From Actinomycetes bacterium (GTDB taxonomy: Bacteria; Actinomycetota; Actinomycetes; Actinomycetales; Dermatophilaceae), in the NCBI GenBank assembly GCA_021783215.1, contig JAJXUB010000001.1, positions 952 through 64,951 on the forward strand: 64,000 nucleotides of DNA. The letters are read 5' to 3'. The notes under the pieces were generated by a model. The model did not search any database. It was not told the origin of the DNA and worked only from the letters and a program-made list of their open reading frames with translations. This document shows positions 1 through 14,935 of this stretch, one piece after another (position 1 is the first letter of the stretch; the number at the start of each line of letters is the position of its first letter). Both the position numbers and the translations under genes were made by a program.

Positions 1-160
1 AGCTTGGTGCGAGCTACCTCGCCGCTTGGCGTCCGTTCCTCCCGATCAGGGCGACGAGGCGAAACACTAGAGGAGCGCGTCCTCGTTCCCCAAACCGCAC
101 CACGCATCCCGGGCGTGTCGGCGGCTCGGCGTGCTCAACCGGGTTGTGCCGCAGAGCCAC

Positions 161-1450
161 TCAGCCGACGCGACCGGTGGGGAGGCGGGCCGCGGCGAGC
201 GCCTTCCGGCCACGGCGCAGGACGGCCACCGAGCCGTGGAGGAAGTCCTCGGCGACCAGCCGCCGCTCGGGATCGGTCACCTTCGCCCCGTTGACCGACG
301 CTCCCCCCTCGGAGATTGCCCGACGGGCCTCGTTGCGGGACGCGACGAGGCCCGTCGCGACCAGAGCCTCGACAACGGAGTCGCCGACCATCACCGTCGC
401 CCCGGGGAGCTCGGCGGTGGCGTCGCGGAGGGTCCCCTCGTCGAGGGCGTGGAGGTCTCCCTTGTCGAAAAGCGCCTCGGAGGCGGCCTGCGCCGCGAGG
501 GTCGCGGCGGCTCCGTGGACAAGGGTCGTCACGTCCGTCGCGAGCGCCTTCTGGGCGGCCCGCCGGTAGGGCTCGTCACGCGCCCGGCGCTCGAGGTCGG
601 CGATCTCCTCCCGTCCGCGGTCCGAGAAGAAGCGCAACAGCGTGCCCACGGAGGCGTCGTCGACGTTGAGGAAGTACTGGTAGAAGGCATAGGGGCTGAA
701 CATGTCCGCGGACAGCCAGATCGCGTTGCCCTCGGTCTTGCCGTACTTCACGCCGTTCGCGTCGGTGAGCAGGGGCGTCGCGAGGGCGTGGACCGCGACC
801 CCCTCGACCCGGTGGACGAGATCGACGCCGGCCGTGATGTTCCCCCACTGGTCCGACCCACCCGTCTGCAGCGTGCAGCCGTGGTGGCGGTAGAGCTCGA
901 GGTAGTCCAGCCCCTGGAGGAGCTGGTAGCTGAACTCGGTGTAGGAGATGCCCTCCTGGCTCTCCAGCCGGCGGGCGATCGCCTCCTTCCGGATCATCTG
1001 GTTGACCCGGAAGTGCTTGCCGACGTCCCGGAGGAAGTCCAGTGCCGACAGGCCCGCCGTCCAGTCGAGGTTGTTGACCATGACGGCGGGGTGTGCGCAG
1101 GCCGGGTCCGTGCCATCGAAGTCGAGGAAGGGCCGCACGAGCGCCTGGATCCGGTCCGCCCACGCGGCGGTCTGCTCCTTGGTCTTCAGGATGCGCTCGG
1201 CCGTCGGCTTCGGGTCCCCGATGAGACCGGTGGACCCGCCAACGAGACAGATGACCCTGTGTCCGGCGCGCTGCAGGCGGCGAAGGACGGTGAGCTGGAC
1301 GAAGTTGCCGAAATGCAGCGACGGCGCCGTCGGGTCGAAGCCGCAGTAGGCCGTGACCGGGCCGTCCGCGAGGGCCCGGCGCAGCGCGGTCTCGTCGGTG
1401 GTCTGCGCCACCGACCCGCGCCACGTCAGCTCGTCGAGGATGTCGGTCAC
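161..1450 (-). CDS. tyrS: Tyrosine--tRNA ligase
   Basis: ORF 161..1582(-). Class-I aaRS pattern (CGFDPTAPSLHFGN, KYGKTEGNAIWL KMSKS-like region, C-terminal S4-like domain). Start trimmed to GTG 1450 (VTDILDEL...) because the 44 upstream codons are an Arg/Pro-rich extension. Confidence 0.92.
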   Translation of the reverse strand: MTDILDELTWRGSVAQTTDETALRRALADGPVTAYCGFDPTAPSLHFGNFVQLTVLRRLQRAGHRVICLVGGSTGLIGDPKPTAERILKTKEQTAAWADRIQALVRPFLDFDGTDPACAHPAVMVNNLDWTAGLSALDFLRDVGKHFRVNQMIRKEAIARRLESQEGISYTEFSYQLLQGLDYLELYRHHGCTLQTGGSDQWGNITAGVDLVHRVEGVAVHALATPLLTDANGVKYGKTEGNAIWLSADMFSPYAFYQYFLNVDDASVGTLLRFFSDRGREEIADLERRARDEPYRRAAQKALATDVTTLVHGAAATLAAQAASEALFDKGDLHALDEGTLRDATAELPGATVMVGDSVVEALVATGLVASRNEARRAISEGGASVNGAKVTDPERRLVAEDFLHGSVAVLRRGRKALAAARLPTGRVG

Positions 1451-1479
1451 GGTCGCAGGTCCCCTTCGCACGGCGGCGC

Positions 1480-1499
1480 GGCATACGGGCCCGTATGCC
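1480..1499. repeat. Perfect 20-bp palindrome GGCATACGGGCCCGTATGCC between the mpg stop and the tyrS start
   Basis: Read directly from the sequence. Lies about 30-50 nt upstream of the tyrS GTG. Could be an operator or a hairpin. Confidence 0.6.
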
Positions 1500-1591
1500 A
1501 CCCCCAGCCTGCCCGATCCCGTCGCAGGGCTGCCACCGGGTTCCGCCATCCGGTGCCGCGGCCCTGCTCGTCGCGGTCGCACGCTCGCGCC

Positions 1592-2284
1592 TCAGGGACG
1601 CGGCGGGGTCGCTCCATCGCCCGTCACGGGACGTCGGCGTGCCACGCCCGGCCGGTAGGCCGACACGGTCCGCTCGCCGTCGAGCCAGAACCGCCACGGG
1701 TACGCAGCTGCGTCACCACCGGCCCCGCGGACCCCGACGCGTGGTCCCGTGCGGATCCTCGACGGGTCGGGGGGGCCGGCCGGCGCCGCGACGACGAGGT
1801 CGATCGGCGGCGTCGTCACCGCGTGGCCGTGCCGGTCACGGGTCGCGAGAGGACGGCAGAAGTCCCTCCCGGTCGATGTGCCGTCCAGCGCGAGTGTCGC
1901 GGCCAGCCGGGCCGGTCCGCGGCACCACTCGCGCGGGTCCGTCCCCGGCCGGCGCAGACGCGCCACGTCGGCTCCGCCGACCACCTCCCCGGCGCGCACG
2001 AGGACGGCCTGCGCGAGGCCTGGGGGGCCGGTGACGAGACAGAGCATCCAGTGCATCCCGTAGGTGAAGTACACGTAGGTGAAGCCGGCCCTGTCGAACA
2101 TCGGCGCGGTCCGTCGCGTCTCCCCACGGAAGGCGTGCGACCCGGGGTCGTGCCGGTAGCCGGCATACGCCTCGGTCTCGGTGACTCGGACCGTCACGCG
2201 GGCGTGGGTGATGGTGCACCCGAGCAGGTCCGGGGCGACGTCGAGGACGTCGCGCTCGAAGAACGACCGGGGCAGGCGTGCCAT
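1592..2284 (-). CDS. mpg: DNA-3-methyladenine glycosylase (Mpg/AAG family)
   Basis: ORF 1592..2320(-). FFERDVLDVAPDLLGC...TETEAYxG..DPGSHAFRG.T.R...MF...G..YVYFTYGMHW is typical of the AAG/Mpg family. Start set at M13 (ATG 2284), which avoids a 31-nt overlap with argH. Confidence 0.85.
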   Translation of the reverse strand: MARLPRSFFERDVLDVAPDLLGCTITHARVTVRVTETEAYAGYRHDPGSHAFRGETRRTAPMFDRAGFTYVYFTYGMHWMLCLVTGPPGLAQAVLVRAGEVVGGADVARLRRPGTDPREWCRGPARLAATLALDGTSTGRDFCRPLATRDRHGHAVTTPPIDLVVAAPAGPPDPSRIRTGPRVGVRGAGGDAAAYPWRFWLDGERTVSAYRPGVARRRPVTGDGATPPRP

Positions 2285-2289
2285 GCGGT

Positions 2290-5164
<2,875 letters not shown>

Positions 5165-5167
5165 GGC

Positions 5168-6376
5168 TCAGGCCTCCTGGGTGGACGCGGACGCCAGCAT
5201 GGCGTTGTCGAGGATCCCGGGCAGGGCGTCGACGAAGGTGTCGAGCTCCTCTGCCGTGATGACCAGCGGTGGCGCGAGCCGGAGGGCGTCGGGCTGGACG
5301 GCGTTGACGATGAACCCGGCCTCCCGGGCAGCCGCCATCGCCTGTGCCGCGATGGGCTCCGTGAGGGTCACGGCGCGAAGAAGACCTCGGCCGCGCACCC
5401 CGGATACCAGCGGGTGCCCGAGCTCGGCTATCCGGGCGGCGAGATGTGCTCCCGTGGCGGTGACGTGGTCGAGGAGGCCCTGCGCGTCGATCGTCGCGAG
5501 GACCGCGAGTCCGGCGGCCGCGGCGAGGGGGTTGCCGCCGAACGTCGTGCCGTGCTGTCCCGGGCCGAGCAGCGCGGAGACGTCGGGCCCGAACGTGATC
5601 AGGGCGCCGACCGGCACGCCGCCGCCGAGGCCCTTGGCGACGGTGACGGCGTCGGGGACGACGTCCTCCTCCTGGAAGGCGAACCACCGCCCCGTCCGGC
5701 CGATCCCCGTCTGGATCTCGTCGACGACCATGAGCGCGCCGGCATCGCGGGTGATGTCGCGGACGGCCGTCAGGTAGCCCGGCGGCGGGACGACGACCCC
5801 CGCCTCACCCTGGACCGGTTCCAGGACGACGGCCGCCGTGCGCTCGCCGACGGCCGCGCGCAGGGCGTCCGGCTCGGCATAGGGGACGTGGACGATCCCG
5901 GGGAGCAGGGGCTCGAACGGCTCCCGGTAGGCCGCCTTGTGGGTGAGGGCGAGCGCGCCCGTCGTGCGGCCGTGGAACGCCCCCTCCATGGCGACGATCT
6001 CGGGTCGGCCGGTCCGGCGGGCGAGCTTGACGGCCGCCTCGATGGCCTCGGTGCCGCTGTTGGCGAAGAAGACCCGGGAGCCGTCCGGAGCGTCGGCGAC
6101 GGCGAGAAGCCTCTCGGCGAGGGCGATCTGGGCCGGGGAGGCGAAGAAGTTGCTGATGTGGATCCCGTCGCGCGCCTGCCGCGTCACGGCGTCGACGACG
6201 GCGGGGTGCCCGTGGCCGAGGGCGTTGACGGCGATCCCGGCGAGGAGGTCGAGGTAGCGCCGACCGTCGGCGTCCCAGACGTAGCACCCCTCGCCGCGCG
6301 CAAGGACGAGCTGGGGGCGCCCGAACACACCGAGGAGGGCGCGCTCATAGCGGTCGAGGAGCTCGGTGCCGGTCAT
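5168..6376 (-). CDS. argD: Acetylornithine aminotransferase
   Basis: Last 402 codons of track ORF 5168..7219(-), starting [19 protein letters not shown]. Class-III PLP aminotransferase ([26 protein letters not shown]). Confidence 0.93.
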   Translation of the reverse strand: MTGTELLDRYERALLGVFGRPQLVLARGEGCYVWDADGRRYLDLLAGIAVNALGHGHPAVVDAVTRQARDGIHISNFFASPAQIALAERLLAVADAPDGSRVFFANSGTEAIEAAVKLARRTGRPEIVAMEGAFHGRTTGALALTHKAAYREPFEPLLPGIVHVPYAEPDALRAAVGERTAAVVLEPVQGEAGVVVPPPGYLTAVRDITRDAGALMVVDEIQTGIGRTGRWFAFQEEDVVPDAVTVAKGLGGGVPVGALITFGPDVSALLGPGQHGTTFGGNPLAAAAGLAVLATIDAQGLLDHVTATGAHLAARIAELGHPLVSGVRGRGLLRAVTLTEPIAAQAMAAAREAGFIVNAVQPDALRLAPPLVITAEELDTFVDALPGILDNAMLASASTQEA

Positions 6377-7286
6377 GCGGGGTGCCCGGCGTTGTCGGGA
6401 ACGACCATCGTCCCGGTCCCTTCTGTCGTCAAGACCTCGAGGAGGATGCTGTGCGCCTGACGGCCGTCGATGACGTGTGCTTGAGGTACCCCGTGCTCGA
6501 CCGCTCGGATACACGCCTCGAGCTTGGGGATCATGCCGGCGCCGACGCGCCCGAGAAGCCGCCGGGCGCCCGACGCGTCGAGCTGGGACAGGAACGACGA
6601 GCGGTCCGGCCACTCGGCGAAGATCCCCTCGACGTCGGTCAGGATGACGAGCTTCTCGGCCTCGAGCGCGACGGCGAGGGCCGCCGCCGCCGTGTCGGCG
6701 TTGACGTTGAGCACCTGCCCGTCCTGGTCGAGGTCGGGGGCGATCGTCGAGACGACGGGGACGCGGCCCGCGGCGATGAGGTCGAGGACCGCCGACGGGT
6801 CGACGGTGACGACGTCGCCGACGAGCCCGAGGTCGACGCTCTCCCCGTCGACGGTGATCTCCTTGCGGCGGCCCCCGAAGAGGCCGGCGTCCTCGCCCGA
6901 GATCCCCACGGCCATCGGCCCGTGCTGGTTGAGCAGGCCGACGAGCTCGCGACCGACCTGACCGGTCAGGACCATCCTGACGACGTCCATCGTCTCGGGA
7001 CTGGTCACCCGCAGGCCGCCGCGGAACTCGCTGCCCATGCCGAGCCGGGTCAGCATCGCGCCGATCTGGGGACCACCACCGTGGACGACGACCGGCTTCA
7101 GACCGGCGTACCTCAGAAACGCGACGTCCTGGGCGAAGGCGGCCTTGAGGGTGTCCGAGACCATGGCGTTGCCGCCGTACTTGATGACGACAAGCGACCC
7201 GTGGAACCGCTCGAGCCACGGCAGGGCGCCGACGAGGGTCTCGGCCTTGAGCTGGGCCTCCCGGAGGGACGGGCCTGGTCCGGGCG

Positions 7287-7290
<4 letters not shown>
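6373..7290 (-). CDS. argB: Acetylglutamate kinase
   Basis: Last 305 codons of ORF 6373..8280(-): [33 protein letters not shown] overlap with argD. Confidence 0.93.
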
Positions 7291-9532
<2,242 letters not shown>

Positions 9533-12055
9533 TCACCTCTGGACGGCACCCACCGCTCGCGCCGCCGCCGCGACCGCCCGGTCCCGTATGGCGTTGACCT
9601 CCTCGGTCGTCAGCGTCCGGTTGCGCGCCCGGACGACGAGGCGGTACGCGAGGGACTTCTTCCCGACACCCACCTGGCCGCCCTCGTAGAGGTCGAAGAG
9701 GTCGACCGACTCGACGAGCTCGCCGCCCCCCTCGACGAGCGCCGCGCGGACGCGTTCCGCCGGGACCGACGCGTCGACGACGAGGGCGACGTCGCTCTGG
9801 GCGCGCGGCGACGTCACGAGCGTGTGGGCGACGACCGTGTCCTCCGACGCGCGGACCAGTGCGTCGACATCGAGCTCGGCGGCCAGCGTGCGCTCCGGAA
9901 GCCCAAGCGCGGCAACGACCTTTGGGTGCAGCTCCCCGGCCCAGCCGATGAGGGCTCCATCGGCGGTACCGACCCTGGCACATCGGCCCGGATGCCACGG
10001 TAACGGACCGTCGGAGGTCACCGCGAGGTCGAGGGCGAGCGACTCCCCCAGCCCGCGGACGATCTCGAGGAGGTCGGCGACGTCGGCCTTACGCCCCGCG
10101 CCCCACCACCCGGCGCGGTCCCGGTCGCCCGCGAGGAGGACACCGAGGTGCGTCGGCTGCGGCGGCACGGCTGCGCGGATCTCGGCCAGGGTCTCATCCG
10201 AGGGACGCACGCCGACCTCCTCGGTCGGGGCACCGACGAGCGTCCCGGTCCGGGCGACGACGAGGCCGACCTCGAACAGGCCGACATCTTTCGCACCACG
10301 CGACACGTTGCGTCGCAAGGCGTCCACCATGGTCGACACGACGGAGATCCGGAAGTACGGCGCCTCCTCCGACAGCGGGTTGGCCAGTCGCACCGTGCGC
10401 CGAGCCACGTCGGCGGGGTCCAGGCCGAGTGCCAGGTGGCGGTCGTCGCCGGTGAACGGAGCGCTCCAGATCTCCTCGAGCCCTTGTGCGGCCAGGACGT
10501 CGCCGAGCAGGCGTCGCACACGCTGGGCCCGGGTCAGGCCCCGACCTCCGGGCGGCGTCGGGAGCAGGGACGGTATCCCCGCATAGCCCTCGATCCGGGC
10601 GACCTCCTCGGCGAGGTCCGGCCCCTGGCGCAGGTCCGGACGCCACGACGGGGGGGTCACCGTGAGGCGGTCGCCCTCGGCGGCGACGACACACCCGATC
10701 TCGGTGAGGACCCGGGCGACGTCCGAGGCGGCATACGGGACACCGACGAGGCGCCCGGGGAGTCCAGCGTCCATGGTGAACGGTGACGGGAGGACGGGGG
10801 TGCCGACGTCGGTCACGCCCTCGTCGGGAGCTCCCCCACCGTGCTCGACGAGGAGCTCGACGGCCAGCTGGGCGGCGGCCGCGGCGATGGCCGGGTCGAC
10901 CCCGCGCTCGAACCGGCGTGACGCCTCGGAGGGCAGCCGGTGCCGTCGGGCCGAACGGGCGACGGTGACCGGGTCGAAGTGGGCCGCCTCGATGAGGACG
11001 TCCGTCGTCGTGTCGGTGACCTCGCAGTCCTCGCCGCCCATGACGCCGGCGATGGCGAGCGGGCGCTCGCCGCCGTCGGTGATGAGCAGGTCGGTGGGGC
11101 TGAGGGCCCGGTCGGTCCCGTCGAGGGTCGTCATCCGCTCCCCCGGACGGGCTCGCCGGACGACGATCGAGCCGGTCAGGGAGGCGACGTCGAAGGCGTG
11201 GAGAGGCTGGCCGAGCCCGAGCATCACGTAGTTCGTCACGTCGACGGGCAAGGAGATCGACCTCATGCCGGCCTCGGTGAGCCGGGTTGCCATCCACGGC
11301 GGCGTCGGCGCGTGGACGTCGATCCCCCGGACGATCCGGGCGACGTAGCGGTCGCACCCCTGCCGGCCTCGTATCGGCGCGTCGTCCCGGACGTCGACGA
11401 CGTACCCTCGGCCGTTGGCCGCCGGCGCCCGCGCCTCGAGGCCGAGGGCCGGGTCGGTGTAGGCCGCCCCGGTCGCATGGGAGTACTCCCGGGCGATGCC
11501 ACGGATCGAGAAGCAGTAGCCGCGGTCCGGTGTGACGTTGACCTCGACGGTCTCGCGGTCGAGGCCGAGGAGCGGGATGGCATCCTGCCCCGGCACGAGC
11601 GCCCGGCCGTCCGGCCCTCCGGAGAGGACGAGGATCCCCGTGTGGTCCTCGCCGATGCCGAGCTCGCGGACGGAGCAGATCATCCCGGCCGACACGTGGC
11701 CGTACGTCTTTCGCGCCGTGATGGTGAAGCCGCCCGGCAGGACGCCCCCCGGAAGCATGACGACGACGAGGTCGCCCGCCTCGAAGTTGTCGGCACCGCA
11801 GACGATCCCCTGCGGCTCGCCGGTTCCGTTGGCGTCGCCGACGTCGACGGTGCACCAGCTGATCGTCTTGCCGTTCTTCTGCGGCTCGGGATCCTTCGTG
11901 AGCACGCGACCGACGACGAGGGGACCGGTGAGGCCGCCGCCGTGGATGGCCTCCTCCTCCAGTCCGACGCGAACGAGGTCGGCGGCGATGTCCGCACCGC
12001 GCGCCCCTGCGGGGACGGCGACGTACTCACGCAGCCAGTCGACGGGCACCCGCAT
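9533..12055 (-). CDS. pheT: Phenylalanine--tRNA ligase beta subunit
   Basis: 840-aa ORF with N-terminal tRNA-binding domain, B3/4 and B5 domains and a C-terminal FDX-ACB domain. Starts 1 nt after the pheS stop. Confidence 0.95.
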   Translation of the reverse strand: MRVPVDWLREYVAVPAGARGADIAADLVRVGLEEEAIHGGGLTGPLVVGRVLTKDPEPQKNGKTISWCTVDVGDANGTGEPQGIVCGADNFEAGDLVVVMLPGGVLPGGFTITARKTYGHVSAGMICSVRELGIGEDHTGILVLSGGPDGRALVPGQDAIPLLGLDRETVEVNVTPDRGYCFSIRGIAREYSHATGAAYTDPALGLEARAPAANGRGYVVDVRDDAPIRGRQGCDRYVARIVRGIDVHAPTPPWMATRLTEAGMRSISLPVDVTNYVMLGLGQPLHAFDVASLTGSIVVRRARPGERMTTLDGTDRALSPTDLLITDGGERPLAIAGVMGGEDCEVTDTTTDVLIEAAHFDPVTVARSARRHRLPSEASRRFERGVDPAIAAAAAQLAVELLVEHGGGAPDEGVTDVGTPVLPSPFTMDAGLPGRLVGVPYAASDVARVLTEIGCVVAAEGDRLTVTPPSWRPDLRQGPDLAEEVARIEGYAGIPSLLPTPPGGRGLTRAQRVRRLLGDVLAAQGLEEIWSAPFTGDDRHLALGLDPADVARRTVRLANPLSEEAPYFRISVVSTMVDALRRNVSRGAKDVGLFEVGLVVARTGTLVGAPTEEVGVRPSDETLAEIRAAVPPQPTHLGVLLAGDRDRAGWWGAGRKADVADLLEIVRGLGESLALDLAVTSDGPLPWHPGRCARVGTADGALIGWAGELHPKVVAALGLPERTLAAELDVDALVRASEDTVVAHTLVTSPRAQSDVALVVDASVPAERVRAALVEGGGELVESVDLFDLYEGGQVGVGKKSLAYRLVVRARNRTLTTEEVNAIRDRAVAAAARAVGAVQR

Positions 12056-12056
12056 C

Positions 12057-13151
12057 TCAGATCTCCATCCCGAACTGGTCGTCGAAGCGAACGTCGCCCT
12101 CGATCATGTCGCGCATGTCGGAGACACCGGTCCGGAACATGAGTGCCCGGTCGATGCCCATCCCGAAGGCGAACCCCGTGTAGCGGTCCGCGTCGACCCC
12201 GCACGCCGTCAGGACGTTCCGGTTGACCATGCCGCACCCGCCCCACTCGATCCAGCCGATGCCCTTGCAGGCCCGGCATTGCGGGTCCTCACCCCGGCAG
12301 ACGAAGCAGCGCAGGTCCATCTCGGCGCTCGGCTCCGTGAACGGGAAGTACGACGGGCGCAGGCGCGTGGTGATCCCGTCGCCGAACAGCTCCGTCGCGA
12401 GCCGGTCGAGGGTGCCCTTGAGGTGGGCCATCGTGATGCCCGAATCGACGGCGAGACCCTCGACCTGGTGGAAGGCGGGCATGTGCGTGGCGTCGAGCTC
12501 GTCGGTGCGGTAGACCCGGCCGATGCACGCGACGTAGACCGGCACCCCCCGGTCGAGGAGGGTGCGCGCCTGGACCGGCGACGTGTGCGTCCGCAGGACG
12601 AGCCCGCCACCAGGGGGGTCCACATAGAAGGTGTCCTGCATCTGCCGGGCCGGGTGGTCGACGTCGAAGTTGAGCGCGTCGAAGTTGAACCACTCGGCCT
12701 CGACCTCCGGGCCCTCGGCGATCTCCCACCCCATCCCGACGAAGAGGTCGGCGATGCGGTCCGACATGAGCATGACGGGATGGCGCCTGCCGAGTGGGCG
12801 ACGGCCGCTCGGCAGGGTGACGTCGACGGCCTCGTCCACGAGGATGCGAGCGTCCCGCTCCTGCTCGAGCTCGGCCTGCCGGGCCGCGTATGCCGCAGCG
12901 ACCAGGGCGCGTGCGGCACCGACGCGCTTGCCGGCTTCGGCCTTGGCCGTGGCGGGAAGGTTCCCGATGGACCGGTTGGCCAGCGCCAGTCGGCTGCGGT
13001 CGCCCTGGTGGGCCAGGCGGGCCGCCTTCAGGTCCTCCAACGTCGTGGCCTCGGCGGCCGCCGCGAGGGCCGCACGGACCGCGGCGTCGACGGACGTCGG
13101 CGCGAGCGGGTCGGGCTCGGCAGGATCCGGGATGATGGTGGGCTCGGACAT
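12057..13151 (-). CDS. pheS: Phenylalanine--tRNA ligase alpha subunit
   Basis: 364-aa ORF with class-II aaRS motifs (HPARQMQDTFY, FRTDELDATH-like, GFAFGMGIDR). Confidence 0.95.
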   Translation of the reverse strand: MSEPTIIPDPAEPDPLAPTSVDAAVRAALAAAAEATTLEDLKAARLAHQGDRSRLALANRSIGNLPATAKAEAGKRVGAARALVAAAYAARQAELEQERDARILVDEAVDVTLPSGRRPLGRRHPVMLMSDRIADLFVGMGWEIAEGPEVEAEWFNFDALNFDVDHPARQMQDTFYVDPPGGGLVLRTHTSPVQARTLLDRGVPVYVACIGRVYRTDELDATHMPAFHQVEGLAVDSGITMAHLKGTLDRLATELFGDGITTRLRPSYFPFTEPSAEMDLRCFVCRGEDPQCRACKGIGWIEWGGCGMVNRNVLTACGVDADRYTGFAFGMGIDRALMFRTGVSDMRDMIEGDVRFDDQFGMEI

Positions 13152-13424
13152 GGGTCCTCTCCGTGACGGGCGAGCGTGGTCACCGCGGCGCGACGCGCCG
13201 CGGCCGGGGCGGGCACCGTCGGGACCCGGGTGACGTCACCGGGCGCGGACGGCGCCCGGACGAAATCGCGCGGGAGAGAAGGCCACACGGAGTGCGGCCA
13301 CTCGATCCGGCGTCGACGGCATACGGGGAGGATACCGGTCGGCGCGGCGAGGCGAGGCAGTGGTTCACGGACGGCCCACCCGCTAAACTTGACTCGTTCC
13401 AGATTCGGTGGTTCGCTGGGGCGG

Positions 13425-13859
13425 ATGGAACGCGACCTCCCGCCCCCTGCAGAGCAGCTGCGCACCGCCGGGTTGCGGGTCACCGGGCCGCGGATCGCCG
13501 TCCTCACCGAGCTGCAGGCGCACCCTCACGCGGACGCCGAGACGATCCTGTCCGCGTCTCGCGCCCGGCTCGGCTCGCTGTCGACCCAGGCGGTCTACGA
13601 CGTGCTCCGGGTCCTCGCCGGGGCCGGGCTCGTCCGTCGGATCGAGCCGGCCGGTTCGCCGGCCCGGTTCGAGACGCGCGTCGCGGACAACCACCACCAC
13701 GTCGTTTGTCGTCGCTGCGGCGTCGTCGCCGACGTCGACTGCGCGACGGGTGAGCAGCCGTGCCTGCATCCGTCCGAGACGCACGGCTTCGCCATCGACG
13801 AGGCCGAGGTCGTCTACTGGGGCCTGTGCCCGCAGTGCGCGGCGGCGCAGGTCAGCTGA
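13425..13859 (+). CDS. Fur-family transcriptional regulator (FurA/PerR-like)
   Basis: Last 144 codons of ORF 13176..13859(+): GLRVTGPRIAVL, HPHADAETI, DNHHHVVCRRCG...LCPQC (His cluster plus two CxxC pairs). Confidence 0.85.
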   Translation: MERDLPPPAEQLRTAGLRVTGPRIAVLTELQAHPHADAETILSASRARLGSLSTQAVYDVLRVLAGAGLVRRIEPAGSPARFETRVADNHHHVVCRRCGVVADVDCATGEQPCLHPSETHGFAIDEAEVVYWGLCPQCAAAQVS

Positions 13860-14925
13860 CGGCCGGTAGGCGCACCCGGACGAGCGCTCCCCCCGCCGGC
13901 CCCTCCTCGACGAGGGCGGTGCCGCCGTGCGCCTTGGCCATGCCGCGGACGAGGTAGAGCCCGAGTCCGGACCCGGTCGACGCGGCGGACAGCCAGAACC
14001 GGGAGAAGACGACGTTCCGTTGTTCGACCGGGATCCCGTCGCCCGCGTCGTCGACGGTCATGTCAACGAAGCGGCCGCCGTCGCTCTCGACCATCGAGCC
14101 CGACAGCCGGACCCGGCCACGGCCGTGGCGGACGGCGTTGTCGAGGAGGTTGCCGATGATCTGGTCGAAGCGGTCGGGGTCGACGAGGACGGCCGGCAGG
14201 TCGGGTGGGACGTCGAGCACGAGGTCGGGCGCCGTCGCCGTCGAGCGCATGCGCTCGACATGCCGGGCCAGCGCCTCACCGACCTGGACCGGCTGCGGCC
14301 GGACGACGAGGCGCCCGGAGTCCAGGCGCGAGACGTCGAGGACGTCGGTGACCAGTCGCGCCAGACGGTCCGCGTCGGCCTCGACGGTCTCGAGCATGAA
14401 CCGCTTCTGCTCGTCGGAGAACCGCTCCCAGTTGCGCAGGAGGGCCGACGTGAAGCCCTTGACGCCCGTCAGTGGCGAGCGCAGCTCGTGCGCCGTGGCC
14501 GTGATGAGCGCCGCCTGGTCCGCCTCGGCCCGTTGACGCGCGAGCGAGTCCCGGAAGCCCAGGAGGATGCCGCGGACGGCCTCGCCGCGGCCGGAGCGCA
14601 GGTAGCGCGCCGTGACGAGCAGCTCGCGTCCGTTCGGCAGCGTGAGCAGCTTCTCCCGGTGACCGGTGCGGCTCGCGAGGCCGTGCCAGGGGTCGGTCAG
14701 CTCCCACCAGGACCGTCCGTCGACGTCGGCCAACGGCAACGCCTCCCGGACGTCCCGGCCGACGATGTCCGGGGCGCTCACGTCGGCGATCCGCTCCGCG
14801 ACGTGGTTGACGTACTCGACGACACCGCCGGGGCCGACCCAGACGAGCCCGTCCGGCAGCAGCTCCCCGACGGCGAAGACGACGTTGCGGGTCGTCTCGT
14901 CGAGAGTCACGCGGGGCTCGCCCAT
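13852..14925 (-). CDS. Cytoplasmic PAS-domain sensor histidine kinase with no adjacent response regulator (OhkA-like position)
   Basis: Last 357 codons of ORF 13852..15102(-). PAS-like N-terminus, H-box TAHELRSPLT, N/G boxes NLLDNAVRHG, GSGLGLYLV. No TM segment. Confidence 0.85.
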   Translation of the reverse strand: MGEPRVTLDETTRNVVFAVGELLPDGLVWVGPGGVVEYVNHVAERIADVSAPDIVGRDVREALPLADVDGRSWWELTDPWHGLASRTGHREKLLTLPNGRELLVTARYLRSGRGEAVRGILLGFRDSLARQRAEADQAALITATAHELRSPLTGVKGFTSALLRNWERFSDEQKRFMLETVEADADRLARLVTDVLDVSRLDSGRLVVRPQPVQVGEALARHVERMRSTATAPDLVLDVPPDLPAVLVDPDRFDQIIGNLLDNAVRHGRGRVRLSGSMVESDGGRFVDMTVDDAGDGIPVEQRNVVFSRFWLSAASTGSGLGLYLVRGMAKAHGGTALVEEGPAGGALVRVRLPAVS

Positions 14926-14935
14926 GGTCGTGAGA

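Noticed and set aside
1-160. Possible RNA gene or rRNA-operon edge at the window start, downstream of tyrS.
   Set aside because: No match to 5S, 16S or tRNA consensus elements that I can recognise. There are only weak hairpins (GAGGA-N5-TCCTC followed by TAGTGTTT), consistent with a tyrS terminator.
13152-13424. Possible T-box or attenuator leader upstream of pheS. Stable hairpins CCGGGCGC-N5-GCGCCCGG and CCGCGGCGC-N3-GCGCCGCGG, plus a TGACGTCA palindrome.
   Set aside because: No T-box consensus, no specifier-loop geometry and no Phe-rich leader peptide could be found. GC-rich hairpins of this size arise easily in this genome. The region also has to hold the divergent fur-like promoter (TTGACT at about 13390).
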